DNA of 64,000 bases from Dehalococcoidia bacterium (GTDB lineage: Bacteria; Chloroflexota; Dehalococcoidia; Lucifugimonadales; UBA3495): positions 4,838 through 68,837 of the forward strand of contig CBDCUJ010000011.1 in the NCBI GenBank assembly GCA_965222595.1, given 5' to 3'. Both the position numbers and the translations under genes were made by a program. The notes beneath the pieces are model-generated. The model was given only the letters and a program-made list of their open reading frames with translations. It did not search any database and was not told the DNA's origin. Below are positions 35,227 to 47,492 of this stretch, piece by piece (the stretch's first letter is position 1; each line of letters begins with the position of its first letter).

Positions 35227-36551
35227 TGACTACCGAGGCGCAGGCTGGGCGCTACCCCCGGCTGATTCAGGCGGCAATCGACGCCTTCAGCCTGCCCGAC
35301 CTCCGCGCCAAAATACTCTTCACGCTGGCCATACTGGCCCTGTACCGGTTCATAGCCCACATACCTCTGCCGGGCATCGACCAGGTGGCGTTGGACAACC
35401 TGTTCCGCAACAACCAGTTGTTGGGATTCCTGGACCTGTTCAGCGGCGGCGCATTGAGCCGGATGAGCATCGTAGCCCTCGGCGTGTTCCCTTACATCAC
35501 GGCGTCCATCGTCATCCAGTTGCTCACGCCCGTAATTCCGTCCCTCCAAGAACTGGCCCGGGAAGGCGAGGCCGGCAGGGCCAAGATGAACCGGATTGTG
35601 CACTGGCTGACGGTGCCCATCGCTTTGGCCCAAGGCTACGGGCAATTGGTGCTGCTGCAACAGAGCAACGTCCTGACCAGCGTGGGCTTCACCGGCGACG
35701 CCGTCCTGCCCACGATGGCGGCCCTGCTATCCATCGCCGCCGGGACCATGTTCCTGGTGTGGCTGGGCGAGTTGATCACCGAGCGAGGCATCGGGAACGG
35801 TATCTCGCTGATCATATTCGCGGGCATCGTGGCCGGATTCCCAAGACTGCTGACCCAGGGGTTCCTGGACACCGACAACGTGCTCGGCATTGGCTTCTTT
35901 GCCATCATCGGAGTATTCATCATCGCGTTGATCGTGATGTTCAACGAGGCCCACCGGAGGATTCCGGTGCAATACGGGCGCAGCATATTCCGGGGTGGGA
36001 GGATGTACCGGCAAAGCGGGGCGACCTATCTACCGCTGCGCATAAATTCCGCCGGTATGATCCCGTTGATTTTCGCTTTTTCCATTGTGATTCTGCCTGG
36101 GACCATCGCTACCTATTTCGCCACCAATACGACCTGGATCGGCGACGTGGCCAACTTCTTCGCCACTCTGCTAGTCCCAACCTCACCCCTCTACTGGGTG
36201 CTGGTGTTCGTACTGGTCGTGTTGTTCACCTTCTTCTACACCCTGGTTATCTTCAACCAGCAGAACTTGGCGGAAAATCTGCAACGGAACGGAGGGTTCG
36301 TGCTGGGCATCAGGCCCGGCAAACCGACACAGGACTACCTGAACCGGGTAATCGTTCGGCTCACATTGGGCGGCGCGATTTTTCTGGGCTTCATCGCCAT
36401 CGTGCCGTACCTGGCGTCTCTGGTTACCGACGTTCAGGCGATTTCCCTCAGCAGCACGAGCCTGCTGATTATGGTGGGCGTGGGACTGGATACACTGCGC
36501 CAATTGGAGGCCCAACTCATGATGCGAAACTACGAAGGGTTCCTGAGATAA
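35223..36551 (+). CDS. secY: Preprotein translocase subunit SecY
   Basis: 442 aa, ~10 hydrophobic segments. ...LFSGGALSRMSIVALGVFPYITASI..., conserved position after rplO. ATGA overlap. Confidence 0.95.
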   Translation: MMTTEAQAGRYPRLIQAAIDAFSLPDLRAKILFTLAILALYRFIAHIPLPGIDQVALDNLFRNNQLLGFLDLFSGGALSRMSIVALGVFPYITASIVIQLLTPVIPSLQELAREGEAGRAKMNRIVHWLTVPIALAQGYGQLVLLQQSNVLTSVGFTGDAVLPTMAALLSIAAGTMFLVWLGELITERGIGNGISLIIFAGIVAGFPRLLTQGFLDTDNVLGIGFFAIIGVFIIALIVMFNEAHRRIPVQYGRSIFRGGRMYRQSGATYLPLRINSAGMIPLIFAFSIVILPGTIATYFATNTTWIGDVANFFATLLVPTSPLYWVLVFVLVVLFTFFYTLVIFNQQNLAENLQRNGGFVLGIRPGKPTQDYLNRVIVRLTLGGAIFLGFIAIVPYLASLVTDVQAISLSSTSLLIMVGVGLDTLRQLEAQLMMRNYEGFLR

Positions 36552-36552
36552 C

Positions 36553-37218
36553 GTGGCCCAAGGATTGCGATTGGTCCTGTTTGGTCCGCCCGGGGCGGGT
36601 AAGGGTACCCAGTCCCAGCTATTGATCGACCTGTTCGGACTGGACCACGTCAGTTCCGGAGACCTGTTCCGGCAGAACCTGCAACAGCAGACGCCCTTGG
36701 GACTCCGCGCCAAGGAGTTCATGGACCAAGGGGTGCTGGTCCCCGATGAGGTGACCATCGACATAGTCCTCTCAAAAGTTATGTCGATAGACCCCCAGGA
36801 CGGTTTTATCCTGGACGGCTTCCCCAGGAATACGCGGCAGGCCAGGGAATTGAACGACGCATTGGAGAACCGCTCACGAGGCTTGGACAAGGTCGTGCAC
36901 ATTGACGTTTCGGAGCCCGAGTTGGAGCGGCGCCTTGGGGGGCGGTACGTTTGCCGGCAGTGTCAGTCGCCTTATGCCCAGGAGGCAGGCTCCCGGGCGG
37001 CTGCCTGTACCCGCTGCGGCGGCGAGCTATACCAGCGGGATGACGACAGACCCGCCGCGGTCAAGCGGCGGATCGAAGTCTATCGGGATGAGACCCTCCC
37101 CCTGTTGAGCTTCTACCGGGACCGGGGTCTGCTCGTGGACGTAGCCGGCGACGCCTCGGTTGAGGAAGTAAATATGCGGATTGTGGGCGCACTGGTTCCC
37201 AACCCAACCAATGGATAG
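36553..37218 (+). CDS. adk: Adenylate kinase (zinc-lid type)
   Basis: LFGPPGAGKGTQ. Lid CRQC...CTRCGG. Confidence 0.94.
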   Translation: MAQGLRLVLFGPPGAGKGTQSQLLIDLFGLDHVSSGDLFRQNLQQQTPLGLRAKEFMDQGVLVPDEVTIDIVLSKVMSIDPQDGFILDGFPRNTRQARELNDALENRSRGLDKVVHIDVSEPELERRLGGRYVCRQCQSPYAQEAGSRAAACTRCGGELYQRDDDRPAAVKRRIEVYRDETLPLLSFYRDRGLLVDVAGDASVEEVNMRIVGALVPNPTNG

Positions 37219-37230
37219 TAGAATAGTAAA

Positions 37231-38037
37231 GTGAATCGCCAGCGGAAACGGGAAACCGCGTCTACTTCAGCGTCCGCCTATTCCGGGGGGATTACTATTA
37301 AATCGCCCCAGGAACTGGACGCCATGCGCCGTGCCGGCGCGGTGGTCGGGGCTGCCATCGACTTGCTCAAGGCTTCGGTGCAACCCGGTATGACCACCAA
37401 AGACTTGGACCGGATCGCCCATCAAGAGATCCTGCGCCACGGCGCGAAGCCCACTTTCAAGGGCTACCGGGGCTTTCCGGCCAGTATCTGCACCTCGGTT
37501 AATGAAGAGATAGTCCACGGAATTCCGGGGAAGCGGATACTCAAAGAAGGCGACGTCGTCAAGGTCGACGTAGGAGCGACTCTGGATGGTCTCATCGGGG
37601 ACGCCGCAGTCTCGTTGGCGGTAGGAGATGTCCCTGCCGAGGTCCACGACCTGCTGGAACACACCAGGTTGAGCCTGGAGGCAGGAATCGAGGCGGCCCG
37701 ACCCGGCGGACGCGTGGGGGACATCGGGGCGGCGGTGCAGGAGTATGGTGAGTCCCGGGGTTACGGAGTGGTCCGGGAGTTCGTGGGGCACGGCGTAGGA
37801 CGCTTCCTTCACGAGGACCCGCAAATCCCGAATTACGGCCAAGCCGGAATGGGCGCGCTGCTGCGGTTGGGGATGTGTATCGCCATTGAGCCCATGCTGA
37901 ACATGGGGGACTGGCGGACGAGGGTATTGGAAGACAATTGGACGGTGGTTACCGCCGATGGAAAACTATCGGCCCACTTCGAACACACCATCGCCATCAC
38001 CGAATCGGGACCGGAAGTCCTGACGGTCCACGGCTGA
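37231..38037 (+). CDS. map: Type I methionine aminopeptidase
   Basis: ...VHGIPG...DVGATLDG...GHGVGR..HE...EPM...EHT metal-ligand pattern. Confidence 0.93.
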   Translation: MNRQRKRETASTSASAYSGGITIKSPQELDAMRRAGAVVGAAIDLLKASVQPGMTTKDLDRIAHQEILRHGAKPTFKGYRGFPASICTSVNEEIVHGIPGKRILKEGDVVKVDVGATLDGLIGDAAVSLAVGDVPAEVHDLLEHTRLSLEAGIEAARPGGRVGDIGAAVQEYGESRGYGVVREFVGHGVGRFLHEDPQIPNYGQAGMGALLRLGMCIAIEPMLNMGDWRTRVLEDNWTVVTADGKLSAHFEHTIAITESGPEVLTVHG

Positions 38038-38097
38038 GGGGCGGCTGCCGCCGGGTATGGACCGGCAAGGGCCCGAATTAACCCAGAAAGGGGATAT

Positions 38098-38316
38098 ATG
38101 GCAAAGAAACAGGCAATCGAGGTGGAAGCCAGCGTCAAAGAGGCTCTGCCCAACGGAATGTTCCGTGTCGAGCTGCCCAACGATCACGAGGTTCTGGCCC
38201 ATGTGTCTGGCAAGATCAGGATGCACTTCATCCGCGTACTGCCGGGGGACAGGGTGTTGGTGGAGCTTTCGCCCTACGACCTGACCCGCGGCCGCATAAC
38301 GTACCGGTTCAAGTAA
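38098..38316 (+). CDS. infA: Translation initiation factor IF-1
   Basis: [26 protein letters not shown]...[16 protein letters not shown]. Confidence 0.95.
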   Translation: MAKKQAIEVEASVKEALPNGMFRVELPNDHEVLAHVSGKIRMHFIRVLPGDRVLVELSPYDLTRGRITYRFK

Positions 38317-38381
38317 ACACCCGGGGCGTCCGGCCAAAAGGGCGGCGCCAACCGGCGACCAAACACGGAAGGGTTTATTGC

Positions 38382-38495
38382 GTGAAAGTTTCAGCATCGG
38401 TAAAACCCAGGTGTGACAAGTGCCGCGTAATCAGACGCAAGGGCAGGGTCCGGATTATCTGCGTCAACGCCCGGCACTCCCAACGGCAGGGCTAG
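38382..38495 (+). CDS. rpmJ: 50S ribosomal protein L36
   Basis: Hand-translated 37-aa ORF, GTG start: [37 protein letters not shown]. Confidence 0.88.
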   Translation: MKVSASVKPRCDKCRVIRRKGRVRIICVNARHSQRQG

Positions 38496-38567
38496 AGGCC
38501 CGGATGACCGGACCAATCCAAGGGATCTAATTCCCGGGATTTATTCACGGGACCTAAAGGAGGCAGC

Positions 38568-38960
38568 ATGGTTCGAATAGCCGGAGTAGACGTACCGGAC
38601 CGCAAGCGGGCCCACGTGGCCCTGCGGAGCATCTACGGCATTGGCCCCAAGGCGGCCGAGGAAATCGTGCTCAAAGCAGAGCTTGACACCGTGATACCGC
38701 CTCGGATGAATGAACTCACCGAGGGCCAGGTAGACCGGATCAGAGAGCTGGTGGACCGGGACTATATCTCGGAAGGCGACCTGCGCCGAGAGGTGAACCA
38801 GAATATCCGCCGGCTCATCGAAATCGGTTCGTACCGCGGCCTGCGCCACCGCCGCAACCTTCCGGTGGCCGGACAGCGGACCCGGACCAACGCCCGCACC
38901 CGTAAGGGACCGCGCCGCACTGTAGCCGGACGCGGCCGGCGGACCGGCGGAAAGAAGTAG
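38568..38960 (+). CDS. rpsM: 30S ribosomal protein S13
   Basis: [10 protein letters not shown]...[28 protein letters not shown]. Confidence 0.95.
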   Translation: MVRIAGVDVPDRKRAHVALRSIYGIGPKAAEEIVLKAELDTVIPPRMNELTEGQVDRIRELVDRDYISEGDLRREVNQNIRRLIEIGSYRGLRHRRNLPVAGQRTRTNARTRKGPRRTVAGRGRRTGGKK

Positions 38961-38969
38961 GGGTGACGT

Positions 38970-39353
38970 ATGCCTAGACCAAGGTCCCGGCGCCGTGAGC
39001 GGCGCTCCGTGCCCCAGGGGCGCGCCTATATTTACTCCACATTCAACAATACGCTGGTCAGTATCACTGACCCCCAAGGGAACGTGATCTCTTCCGCCAG
39101 CGCCGGAACGGTCGGGTTCAAGGGGTCCCGCAAAGGCACGGCCTTCGCGGCCCAGAGGGCAGCCGAACAAGCAGCCCGCCGCGGCATGGACTCCGGCCTG
39201 CGGCACATCGACGTTTTGATCAAGGGCCCCGGAGCGGGCCGGGAAGCCGCTATCCGCTCTTTGCAGGGGGCGGGGCTCATCGTAACCAGCATCAGGGACG
39301 TGACGCCCATTCCGCACAACGGGTGCCGTCCACCCAAGCGAAGGAGAGTGTAG
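38970..39353 (+). CDS. rpsK: 30S ribosomal protein S11
   Basis: [19 protein letters not shown]...[11 protein letters not shown]. Confidence 0.95.
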   Translation: MPRPRSRRRERRSVPQGRAYIYSTFNNTLVSITDPQGNVISSASAGTVGFKGSRKGTAFAAQRAAEQAARRGMDSGLRHIDVLIKGPGAGREAAIRSLQGAGLIVTSIRDVTPIPHNGCRPPKRRRV

Positions 39354-39363
39354 CCCTACACTT

Positions 39364-39990
39364 ATGGGAAGATATATAGGTCCCGCCTGCCGCCTCTGTC
39401 GGCGGTCCGGCGAAAAGTTGTTCCTCAAAGGGGACCGGTGCTTCACCCCCCGCTGCGCCTTCGAGAAGAGGCGCAACCCCCCGGGTGACGTTTCACGCCG
39501 CCGCCGTCGGCCCTCCGACTACGGTGTACACCTGTTGGAGAAGCAAAAGGCCAAGTACATCTACGGAGTACTGGAATCCCAATTCCGTAAGTACATGGAC
39601 GAAGCCTTCAACTCTCCGGGCGTAACTGGAATGAACCTGTTGCGCAGCTTGGAACGCCGGTTGGACAACGTGGTGTTCCTGCTGGGTTTCGCCGATTCCC
39701 GGAAGCAGGCCCGGCAAATGGTGTTGCACGGCCACTTCACGATTAACGGCCGGAAGACCGACGTCCCTTCCTACTCGGTGAAAGTAGGCGACTTGATTAG
39801 CTGGAAGGAGTCCAAAAAGAGCACCGACTTCTTTGCCGAGCGGACCCAGGGGATACCCAAGCGGCCCGTTCCGGCATGGTTGACGTTGGACCTGGGCGAG
39901 ATGACAGGCAGAGTCGACTCTATCCCGGCCGACGATGACCTGCAAACGACCGTTGATTCCCGATTGATTGTTGAGTTTTACTCGAGGTAG
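39364..39990 (+). CDS. rpsD: 30S ribosomal protein S4
   Basis: MGRYIGPACRLCRRSGEKLFLKGDRC. Confidence 0.95.
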   Translation: MGRYIGPACRLCRRSGEKLFLKGDRCFTPRCAFEKRRNPPGDVSRRRRRPSDYGVHLLEKQKAKYIYGVLESQFRKYMDEAFNSPGVTGMNLLRSLERRLDNVVFLLGFADSRKQARQMVLHGHFTINGRKTDVPSYSVKVGDLISWKESKKSTDFFAERTQGIPKRPVPAWLTLDLGEMTGRVDSIPADDDLQTTVDSRLIVEFYSR

Positions 39991-39998
39991 TTCGGTAG

Positions 39999-41171
39999 AT
40001 GCTAGACACCTATGTCCTTCCCTCCGGACCGCCGGAGGAGGCGCCACAGTCGGTAAAGCCCGACATTCGGGTCATGGACTCGGAGGAGACCTACGGAAAG
40101 ATGGCGGTGGAGCCCCTCCAACGGGGATTCGGCCTCACTATCGGCAACCCTCTGCGGCGGATTCTGTTGAGTTCCACCTGCGGCAGCGCCGTCACGTGGG
40201 TCAAGATCGACGATGTGGTCCACGAATACACAGCGATCCCCGGCGTCAAAGAGGAGGTGATGGAAATCCTCCTCAATGTGAAACGCATCCGCATTCGCTC
40301 ACGGACGGAGCGGCCGGGCAAGATGCGTTTGGACGTGACCGGCGAGGGACGAGTCTGCGCCGGCGATATCTCCACCTCCAGCGATTTCGAAATCGTAAAT
40401 CCGGAGCTGCACCTCGCCACCCTCGACACGGAGAACTCCCACCTGGCGATTGAATTCAACGTCGAACAGGGCGTGGGTTATCAACCCGCGGTCCAGAGCG
40501 ACGGCGTGTCCAACCCATCCGTAGGGGTGCTGCCGGTGGATGCGGTCTTCAACCCGGTCCGCAAGGTGAACTATAACGTGGAACGCCGGCGCGTCGGACA
40601 GGTCACCGACTTCGAGCGGCTGGTGATGGAAGTCTGGACCGACGGCACCATCAAACCGGTCGAAGCGGTGCAACAGGCCGCCGAAAACCTGGTCAGCCAT
40701 TTCTTCCTGTTCAGCAACCTGAACCGGGGCGCCGGTTCGCGGGTCGACCGAACGCCGATGGTGGTCTCTCCCGAGGTCTACCAGACCCCGATAGAACGGC
40801 TGGAGTTGTCCCCCAGGACTCTCAACTGCTTGAAGAGGCACCACATCAGCAGAGTCGGCGAGATCCTGGAGATGAGCGACGACGAACTGCTGAAGATACG
40901 GAACTTCGGTGACAAGTCGTTAGTGGAGTTGCAGGAGAAACTTGCGGAACACGGCATCGGCCGTCCCGGTGGTATAGCAACCCTCTCTGCGTTGGGGTCG
41001 CAGGCCGTGGACATCACATCAGAGGACTTGGACGAGCTCATCGGAGGCGAGGTGGCGACGACGCCCGGTGCGGGAATGTCCATTACCGACCTGGGCGCCG
41101 ATGCACCCCTAGGCGACGAGCTTGACGGAACCGAAGCCGAAACCGATGCTGATGAGGAGGACGACTTTTAA
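39999..41171 (+). CDS. rpoA: DNA-directed RNA polymerase alpha subunit with an acidic C-terminal tail
   Basis: 390 aa. ...[22 protein letters not shown]... NTD. ...[51 protein letters not shown]. Confidence 0.95.
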   Translation: MLDTYVLPSGPPEEAPQSVKPDIRVMDSEETYGKMAVEPLQRGFGLTIGNPLRRILLSSTCGSAVTWVKIDDVVHEYTAIPGVKEEVMEILLNVKRIRIRSRTERPGKMRLDVTGEGRVCAGDISTSSDFEIVNPELHLATLDTENSHLAIEFNVEQGVGYQPAVQSDGVSNPSVGVLPVDAVFNPVRKVNYNVERRRVGQVTDFERLVMEVWTDGTIKPVEAVQQAAENLVSHFFLFSNLNRGAGSRVDRTPMVVSPEVYQTPIERLELSPRTLNCLKRHHISRVGEILEMSDDELLKIRNFGDKSLVELQEKLAEHGIGRPGGIATLSALGSQAVDITSEDLDELIGGEVATTPGAGMSITDLGADAPLGDELDGTEAETDADEEDDF

Positions 41172-41173
41172 TC

Positions 41174-41545
41174 ATGGCCTCTCATCGCGTCAAAGGCAGA
41201 AAGCTAAGCCGCTACCGGGACCAGAGGACCGCGTTGTTGCGCGGCCTGGTGTCGGAGTTGATTGTCCACGAACGCATCACTACCACCCTGGCCAAGGCCA
41301 AAGAGACCCGGGTGGTCGCGGAGAAGCTGATAACCCACGGCAAGAAGGGCGCGGCGGACGAAAGCCGCACCTTGCACCAGCGTCGGCTGGCAATGGCCGA
41401 ACTACCCAGGAAGCAGGTTGTCAAGAAGGTGTTCGATGACCTGGCTCCCCGCTACGCCGAACGGCCCGGAGGGTACACCCGCATCGTCAAGCTGGGGCCC
41501 CGTGCCGGTGATGCCGCCGAGATGGCGGTAATCGAATTGGTGTAA
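41174..41545 (+). CDS. rplQ: 50S ribosomal protein L17
   Basis: [25 protein letters not shown]. Confidence 0.94.
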   Translation: MASHRVKGRKLSRYRDQRTALLRGLVSELIVHERITTTLAKAKETRVVAEKLITHGKKGAADESRTLHQRRLAMAELPRKQVVKKVFDDLAPRYAERPGGYTRIVKLGPRAGDAAEMAVIELV

Positions 41546-41670
41546 CGGAGTTTGTAATACCGGAGTCAATATCGGCGGAGTTAGCATAAATAGAAGAAAG
41601 TAGTGTCCGTCAATCAGACGAGTGTGAGGCTGGGGCGGCTCCGGAAGACCGGCGGTGGAGGGTAGCGCTC

Positions 41671-42438
41671 TTGGTGGAATACCAGGGCACCCGCTACGCC
41701 GGTTTCCAATTGCAACGAGGGGCGCCTACGATACAAGGTGAGTTGGAGCAGGCCTTGGCGCGGTTCACGGGGAGCGAGATTCGCATCAGGGGAGCCAGCC
41801 GCACCGATTCCGGCGCCCACGCCGAAGGCCAGGTGGTGGATTTTCTCACTACCGCCCTCCGTCCTCTCGAACGATTCCGGCCGGCCCTCAATTATTTCCT
41901 GCCGGAGGATATCCGAGTAAGGGACGCCTGGCGTGTGTGTATGGACTTTAATTCCAGGCGGAGCGCCTGCAGCCGGACCTATCAATACAAAATCCTTGAC
42001 CGCGATTGTCCGTCCGCCCTGCGCCGGCACACCCACCTGTGGATTAAGGAGGGGCTGGACACTCAATTGATGGGTGAGGCGGCCGGGGCGCTATTGGGGA
42101 CCCACGATTTTCGGTCCCTAGCCCCCCAGCACCCGCCGGACCGCAGTGCGGTGAGAAGGGTATACCGGTGGGATGTGAAACGGCAGGACGATACCGTAAT
42201 CATCGAGTGTGAAGCCAGCGGCTTCCTCCGGCAGCAAATCAGGAAAACGAACGCCATATTGACGGAGATCGGCAAGAAGAAACTACCTGCGGAGTTGATG
42301 AAACAGGCGCTTGAGGATGGAACGCGGTTCCCGAAGACCCTCCCGGCGCTGTCAGCCCACGGCCTGTGCTTGATTAAGGTAAAATACCCCTCTCTGACCG
42401 AGACGGGACTCACCGGAACGAAGAATGAAACGAACTAG
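41671..42438 (+). CDS. truA: tRNA pseudouridine(38-40) synthase
   Basis: LVEYQGTRYAGFQLQ...GASRTDSGAHAEGQV (catalytic Asp). TTG/GTG start. Confidence 0.88.
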   Translation: MVEYQGTRYAGFQLQRGAPTIQGELEQALARFTGSEIRIRGASRTDSGAHAEGQVVDFLTTALRPLERFRPALNYFLPEDIRVRDAWRVCMDFNSRRSACSRTYQYKILDRDCPSALRRHTHLWIKEGLDTQLMGEAAGALLGTHDFRSLAPQHPPDRSAVRRVYRWDVKRQDDTVIIECEASGFLRQQIRKTNAILTEIGKKKLPAELMKQALEDGTRFPKTLPALSAHGLCLIKVKYPSLTETGLTGTKNETN

Positions 42439-42901
42439 CACGTATTTCCCCAAGCCCGGCGACGTGGCCGAAAACTGGAAGGTTGTCGACGCCACCGGCC
42501 AGACCCTGGGAAGGTTGGCCCGGGATATCGCGGTTTCCCTTCTGGGGAAGGACAAACCGACCTACACCCCCCATACCCTCACGGGCGACTTTGTGGTGGT
42601 GCTGAACGCCTCCAGGATCAGGGTGACGGGGCGTAAGACCACCCAGAAATACTACTACCGCCACAGTGGATACATAGGCAACCTCAAGTCGATGCGTCTA
42701 CGGGAAATGATGGAAAATCGTCCCGAACGCGTCATTGAGTTGGCGGTAAAGGGCATGCTGCCCCGAAATCATCAGGGGCGTCAGATGCTCCGGCGGCTCA
42801 AGGTCTACGCCGGGGCAGAGCACCCCCATCAGGCGCAGGTGCGCCAAGCATTCCAAACCGGGGCCGGCGAGCAACCGGCCGAAACCGCCGACGGAGGATA
42901 A
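42425..42901 (+). CDS. rplM: 50S ribosomal protein L13
   Basis: TYFPKPGDVAENWKVVDATGQTLGRLA. Confidence 0.95.
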   Translation: MKRTSTYFPKPGDVAENWKVVDATGQTLGRLARDIAVSLLGKDKPTYTPHTLTGDFVVVLNASRIRVTGRKTTQKYYYRHSGYIGNLKSMRLREMMENRPERVIELAVKGMLPRNHQGRQMLRRLKVYAGAEHPHQAQVRQAFQTGAGEQPAETADGG

Positions 42902-42909
42902 GACCAACC

Positions 42910-43320
42910 TTGGTTCAGTTAGAGGCAGCTCAGCAGTACTACCATGGTACCGGCAAACGCAAGACGGCCATCGCCCAGGTCCGGCTCTACCAGGACGCGG
43001 GCGGCCCCATCATAATCAACGGCAAGCCGATGGACGAATACTTTGGCTGGTCGACCTGGCAGGGAGTGGTCAACGACGCTTTCCGGGTCAGCAACACGAC
43101 GAACCGGTTCCGGGTAGTTGTCAAAGTGCTGGGAGGCGGGGTGAACGCTCAGGCGGAGGCCGTTCGCCACGGTATCGCCAGGGCCCTGGTGTCCTACGAC
43201 GCGACGCTGAAACCCGCGTTGCGCCGGGCTGGCTACATCACCCGCGACGCCAGAATCAAGGAAAGCAAGAAATACGGACTGAAGCGGGCGCGCCGCGCAC
43301 CCCAGTACACGAAGCGTTAG
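42910..43320 (+). CDS. rpsI: 30S ribosomal protein S9
   Basis: YYHGTGKRKTAIAQVRL...KKYGLKRARRAPQYTKR. TTG start. Confidence 0.94.
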   Translation: MVQLEAAQQYYHGTGKRKTAIAQVRLYQDAGGPIIINGKPMDEYFGWSTWQGVVNDAFRVSNTTNRFRVVVKVLGGGVNAQAEAVRHGIARALVSYDATLKPALRRAGYITRDARIKESKKYGLKRARRAPQYTKR

Positions 43321-43336
43321 CGGTAATACGTTTGCT

Positions 43337-43473
43337 AGTGTCCCCTCCACGGGCTAGAGGAAGCGTTGGCGAGGGGGTCCGTCGACCGGAGTTGTATCAA
43401 GACTTCACCCCCCATCCTAACCTTCCCCCCTCGAGGGGGAAGGGACACTCAACAACTCTGAACAGTTACCCGG
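43337..43473. repeat. Palindromic repeat element, copy 2 (short left fragment plus full right arm)
   Basis: AGTGTCCCCTCC (43337-43348) ... CCTAACCTTCCCCCCTCGAGGGGGAAGGGACACTCAACAACTCTGAACAGTTACCCGG. Nearly fills the 154-nt convergent gap between rpsI and the PGM-family gene. Confidence 0.65.
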
Positions 43474-43474
43474 A

Positions 43475-44887
43475 CTAGACTCCCAGATAAGCCGACGCCG
43501 AGTCCAACATCCGGGTCACCTTCTCGGCAGAGTCGGCCTCGGCATAGATGCGTAGCAACGGTTCGGTGCCGGAGAACCGGGTGGCCAGCCATCCGTCCTC
43601 GAAATGCCACCGGCGTCCGTCGATAGCGTCCGATCCCACCACCTGAAACTCTCCCAATTGCGTCACGCCCGGATCGTTCACCAGTCCCTGGATTCGTTCG
43701 CGTTCCAGCGGTTCGAACTCTATATCCCGCCGGTGGTAGAAGTGGGGACCGACCCGTTCGAACAGGTATTCCATCAATTGGGATGGGCTCTTGCCCGTGG
43801 CGGCCATGAATTCCAACACGTAAAGACCGCTTAGAATCCCGTCGCGGTCGGGCACGTGGCCCCGGAAAGCGAAGCCACCGCTCTCCTCTCCGGCCATGAC
43901 CGCGCCAAGCTCGTCCATGCGGGGGCCCATGTTCTTGAAGCCCACGGGGGTTTCGTGGATATCGACTCCGAACATCTGCCCCATCTTGTTCAGTGCTTTT
44001 GACGCCGTGACGCCCTTGATGATCGACCCGCGCAACCCTTTTTGCTCCAGTACGTAAAGGGCCAACAGCGAGAATGTATCCAGGGTAGTGACGAAACGTC
44101 CGTGTTCGTCAATGACACCGACGCGGTCCGCGTCGCCGTCCAAGGCTATGCCCACCGATGCTCCGGACTCTGGCACGCGGGCTAACGCCTCTTCTAGGTT
44201 CCGTGCGATGGGTTCCGGTTGCGCCATTCCGGGGAACGCCGGATTGCGGTGGCCGCGCAATTCCTCCACCGTCGTCTTGCCGCCGGACAGCAGCGTCGGC
44301 AGGAAGCCGCCGCCGGCCCCGTGCATCGCATCAACCACGACTTTGAATCCGGCATCACGTATGGCGGGCAAGTCCACCAACGAGGTGACATGCCGCAGGT
44401 AAGGTCCGGCAGGGTCGATTTCTTGGACCAAGCCGGAGACCCGCCCCGCCTCGATTGTCGCAGGGTCAACGGAGCCGGTGTCCGCGATCAATACTTCCAG
44501 ATCGTCGGTGAGCTCCTGGGTGGCGCTGCCGCCGTACTCTGACTTGACTTTGAACCCGTTCCATTCCGGCGGGTTGTGGCTGGCGGTAATGATCGCCGCC
44601 CCGGCCGCGCCGTGGTGGAGCACGTTGTAGCTCAGTGCTGGCGTGGGGGCGGGCCGGTCAGCCAAATAAACCTTTATACCCTGAGAGGCGCAGACCCCCG
44701 CTACGGTTGACGCGAACTCGGAGGAGAGGAAACGGGTATCGTAGCCCACCACCAACCCCCGGTCGGCCGTGCCTGAACCTATCAGGTAACGACAGAGTCC
44801 GAGGGCGCAGCGGGCTACGTTGGCGAAGGTGAAACGGTCGGCGATGATGTCACGCCAACCGTCGGTGCTAAAGCGGATTTCGCTCAC
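43475..44887 (-). CDS. Phosphoglucomutase/phosphomannomutase-family protein
   Basis: 470 aa. Phosphoserine loop ITASHNPPEWNG, metal loop ALDGDADR. GTG start overlaps the metK stop by 1 nt. Confidence 0.85.
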   Translation of the reverse strand: MSEIRFSTDGWRDIIADRFTFANVARCALGLCRYLIGSGTADRGLVVGYDTRFLSSEFASTVAGVCASQGIKVYLADRPAPTPALSYNVLHHGAAGAAIITASHNPPEWNGFKVKSEYGGSATQELTDDLEVLIADTGSVDPATIEAGRVSGLVQEIDPAGPYLRHVTSLVDLPAIRDAGFKVVVDAMHGAGGGFLPTLLSGGKTTVEELRGHRNPAFPGMAQPEPIARNLEEALARVPESGASVGIALDGDADRVGVIDEHGRFVTTLDTFSLLALYVLEQKGLRGSIIKGVTASKALNKMGQMFGVDIHETPVGFKNMGPRMDELGAVMAGEESGGFAFRGHVPDRDGILSGLYVLEFMAATGKSPSQLMEYLFERVGPHFYHRRDIEFEPLERERIQGLVNDPGVTQLGEFQVVGSDAIDGRRWHFEDGWLATRFSGTEPLLRIYAEADSAEKVTRMLDSASAYLGV

Positions 44888-46113
44888 TACGCGCCGAGTC
44901 CGGCTTCGCGGCGAAGGAGGTCCGCCTTATCGGTCTTCTCCCAAGGCAGGTCGAGGTCGGCGCGGCCGAAGTGTCCATAGGCGGCCGTCGGGCCATAGAT
45001 GGGACGCCGAAGGTCCAGGTCTTCGATTATCGCGCCGGGACGCAAGTCGAAATGAGTCAGGACCAATTCTTCGATCTTCTCGTTGGGCAGGTGGTTGGTG
45101 TCGAAAGTTTCGACAGAGACGGAGATGGGCTGGGCCACGCCGATGGCGTAAGAAACTATGACCTCCACGCGGTCGGCCAAGCCGGCGGCCACGAGGTTCT
45201 TGGCGACATATCGGGCGGCGTACGCGCCGGACCGGTCGACCTTGGTGGGGTCCTTGCCGGAAAAAGCGCCGCCGCCGTGGCGGGCGATGCCGCCATAGGT
45301 GTCGACCAGAATCTTGCGGCCCGTGAGACCCGTGTCGCCTTGGGGACCGCCGATAACGAACCAGCCGCTGGGGTTCACGTAGTACTTGGTGTCGTTATCC
45401 AGCAGTTCGCTGGGCACCACCGGTTTGATCACGTGTTCGAGGATGTCCTGGCGGATGATCTCGGTGAACGCGCCCCGGTCCTCTTGGTCCTCGTGCTGGG
45501 TGCTGATGACCACGGCTTCCACCCGGTGGGGTTTGCCGTAGCGGTATTCCACCGTGACTTGGGACTTGCCGTCAGGACCCAAGTAGGGAATCGTCCCGTC
45601 TTTGCGCATGGCCGACAGCCGTTCCACCAACCGGTGGGAAAGGTCGACGGTCAGCGGCATCAGGCTCTCGGTCTCATTGCAGGCGAACCCCACCATCATT
45701 CCTTGGTCGCCGGCGCCGGTGGACCGCCGGGCGTCGTCGTCGCCGTTGGTGCGGTGTTCCAGAGAGGTGGTGACACCCACGCTGATGTCGGCCGATTGCT
45801 GGCTGACGTGGGCCATGACGCCGCAGGAGTTGCCGTCGAGCCCGTACTTCACGTCGGTGTAGCCAATGTCCAACATTACTTGCCGGGCGATCTCGTTGAA
45901 GTCCAAATGGGCCTTGGAAGTAATCTCGCCGGTGACCATCACCAGGTTCTTGGTTGCCACGGTCTCGCAGGCCACCCGGCTCATGTGGTCCCCGGCCAGG
46001 GCGGCATCCAACACGGCGTCGGATATCTGGTCGCATAGCTTGTCGGGGTGGCCTTCGGTTACTGACTCGGAGGTCAGCAGGTATTTGGGAGACGTTCCAA
46101 AAAGTAGCGCCAT
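44887..46113 (-). CDS. metK: S-adenosylmethionine synthase
   Basis: [18 protein letters not shown]...GAGDQG...GGGAFSGKD. Start set to ATG 46113 with AGGAGGA RBS (track start TTG 46209). Confidence 0.92.
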   Translation of the reverse strand: MALLFGTSPKYLLTSESVTEGHPDKLCDQISDAVLDAALAGDHMSRVACETVATKNLVMVTGEITSKAHLDFNEIARQVMLDIGYTDVKYGLDGNSCGVMAHVSQQSADISVGVTTSLEHRTNGDDDARRSTGAGDQGMMVGFACNETESLMPLTVDLSHRLVERLSAMRKDGTIPYLGPDGKSQVTVEYRYGKPHRVEAVVISTQHEDQEDRGAFTEIIRQDILEHVIKPVVPSELLDNDTKYYVNPSGWFVIGGPQGDTGLTGRKILVDTYGGIARHGGGAFSGKDPTKVDRSGAYAARYVAKNLVAAGLADRVEVIVSYAIGVAQPISVSVETFDTNHLPNEKIEELVLTHFDLRPGAIIEDLDLRRPIYGPTAAYGHFGRADLDLPWEKTDKADLLRREAGLGA

Positions 46114-46138
46114 TTTCCATTCCTCCTGGAGTTGGGGA

Positions 46139-47440
<1,302 letters not shown>

Positions 47441-47492
47441 TCAACCCGGCTGAACAGAATTCCGGCGGAGGTTGCCGCCGTGCAGCCGGTAG

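Noticed and set aside
35195-36625. 476-aa + strand ORF in an alternative frame of secY
   Set aside because: The same-strand frame 35223-36551 encodes a typical SecY. The alternative frame is Arg/Pro/Gly-rich nonsense.
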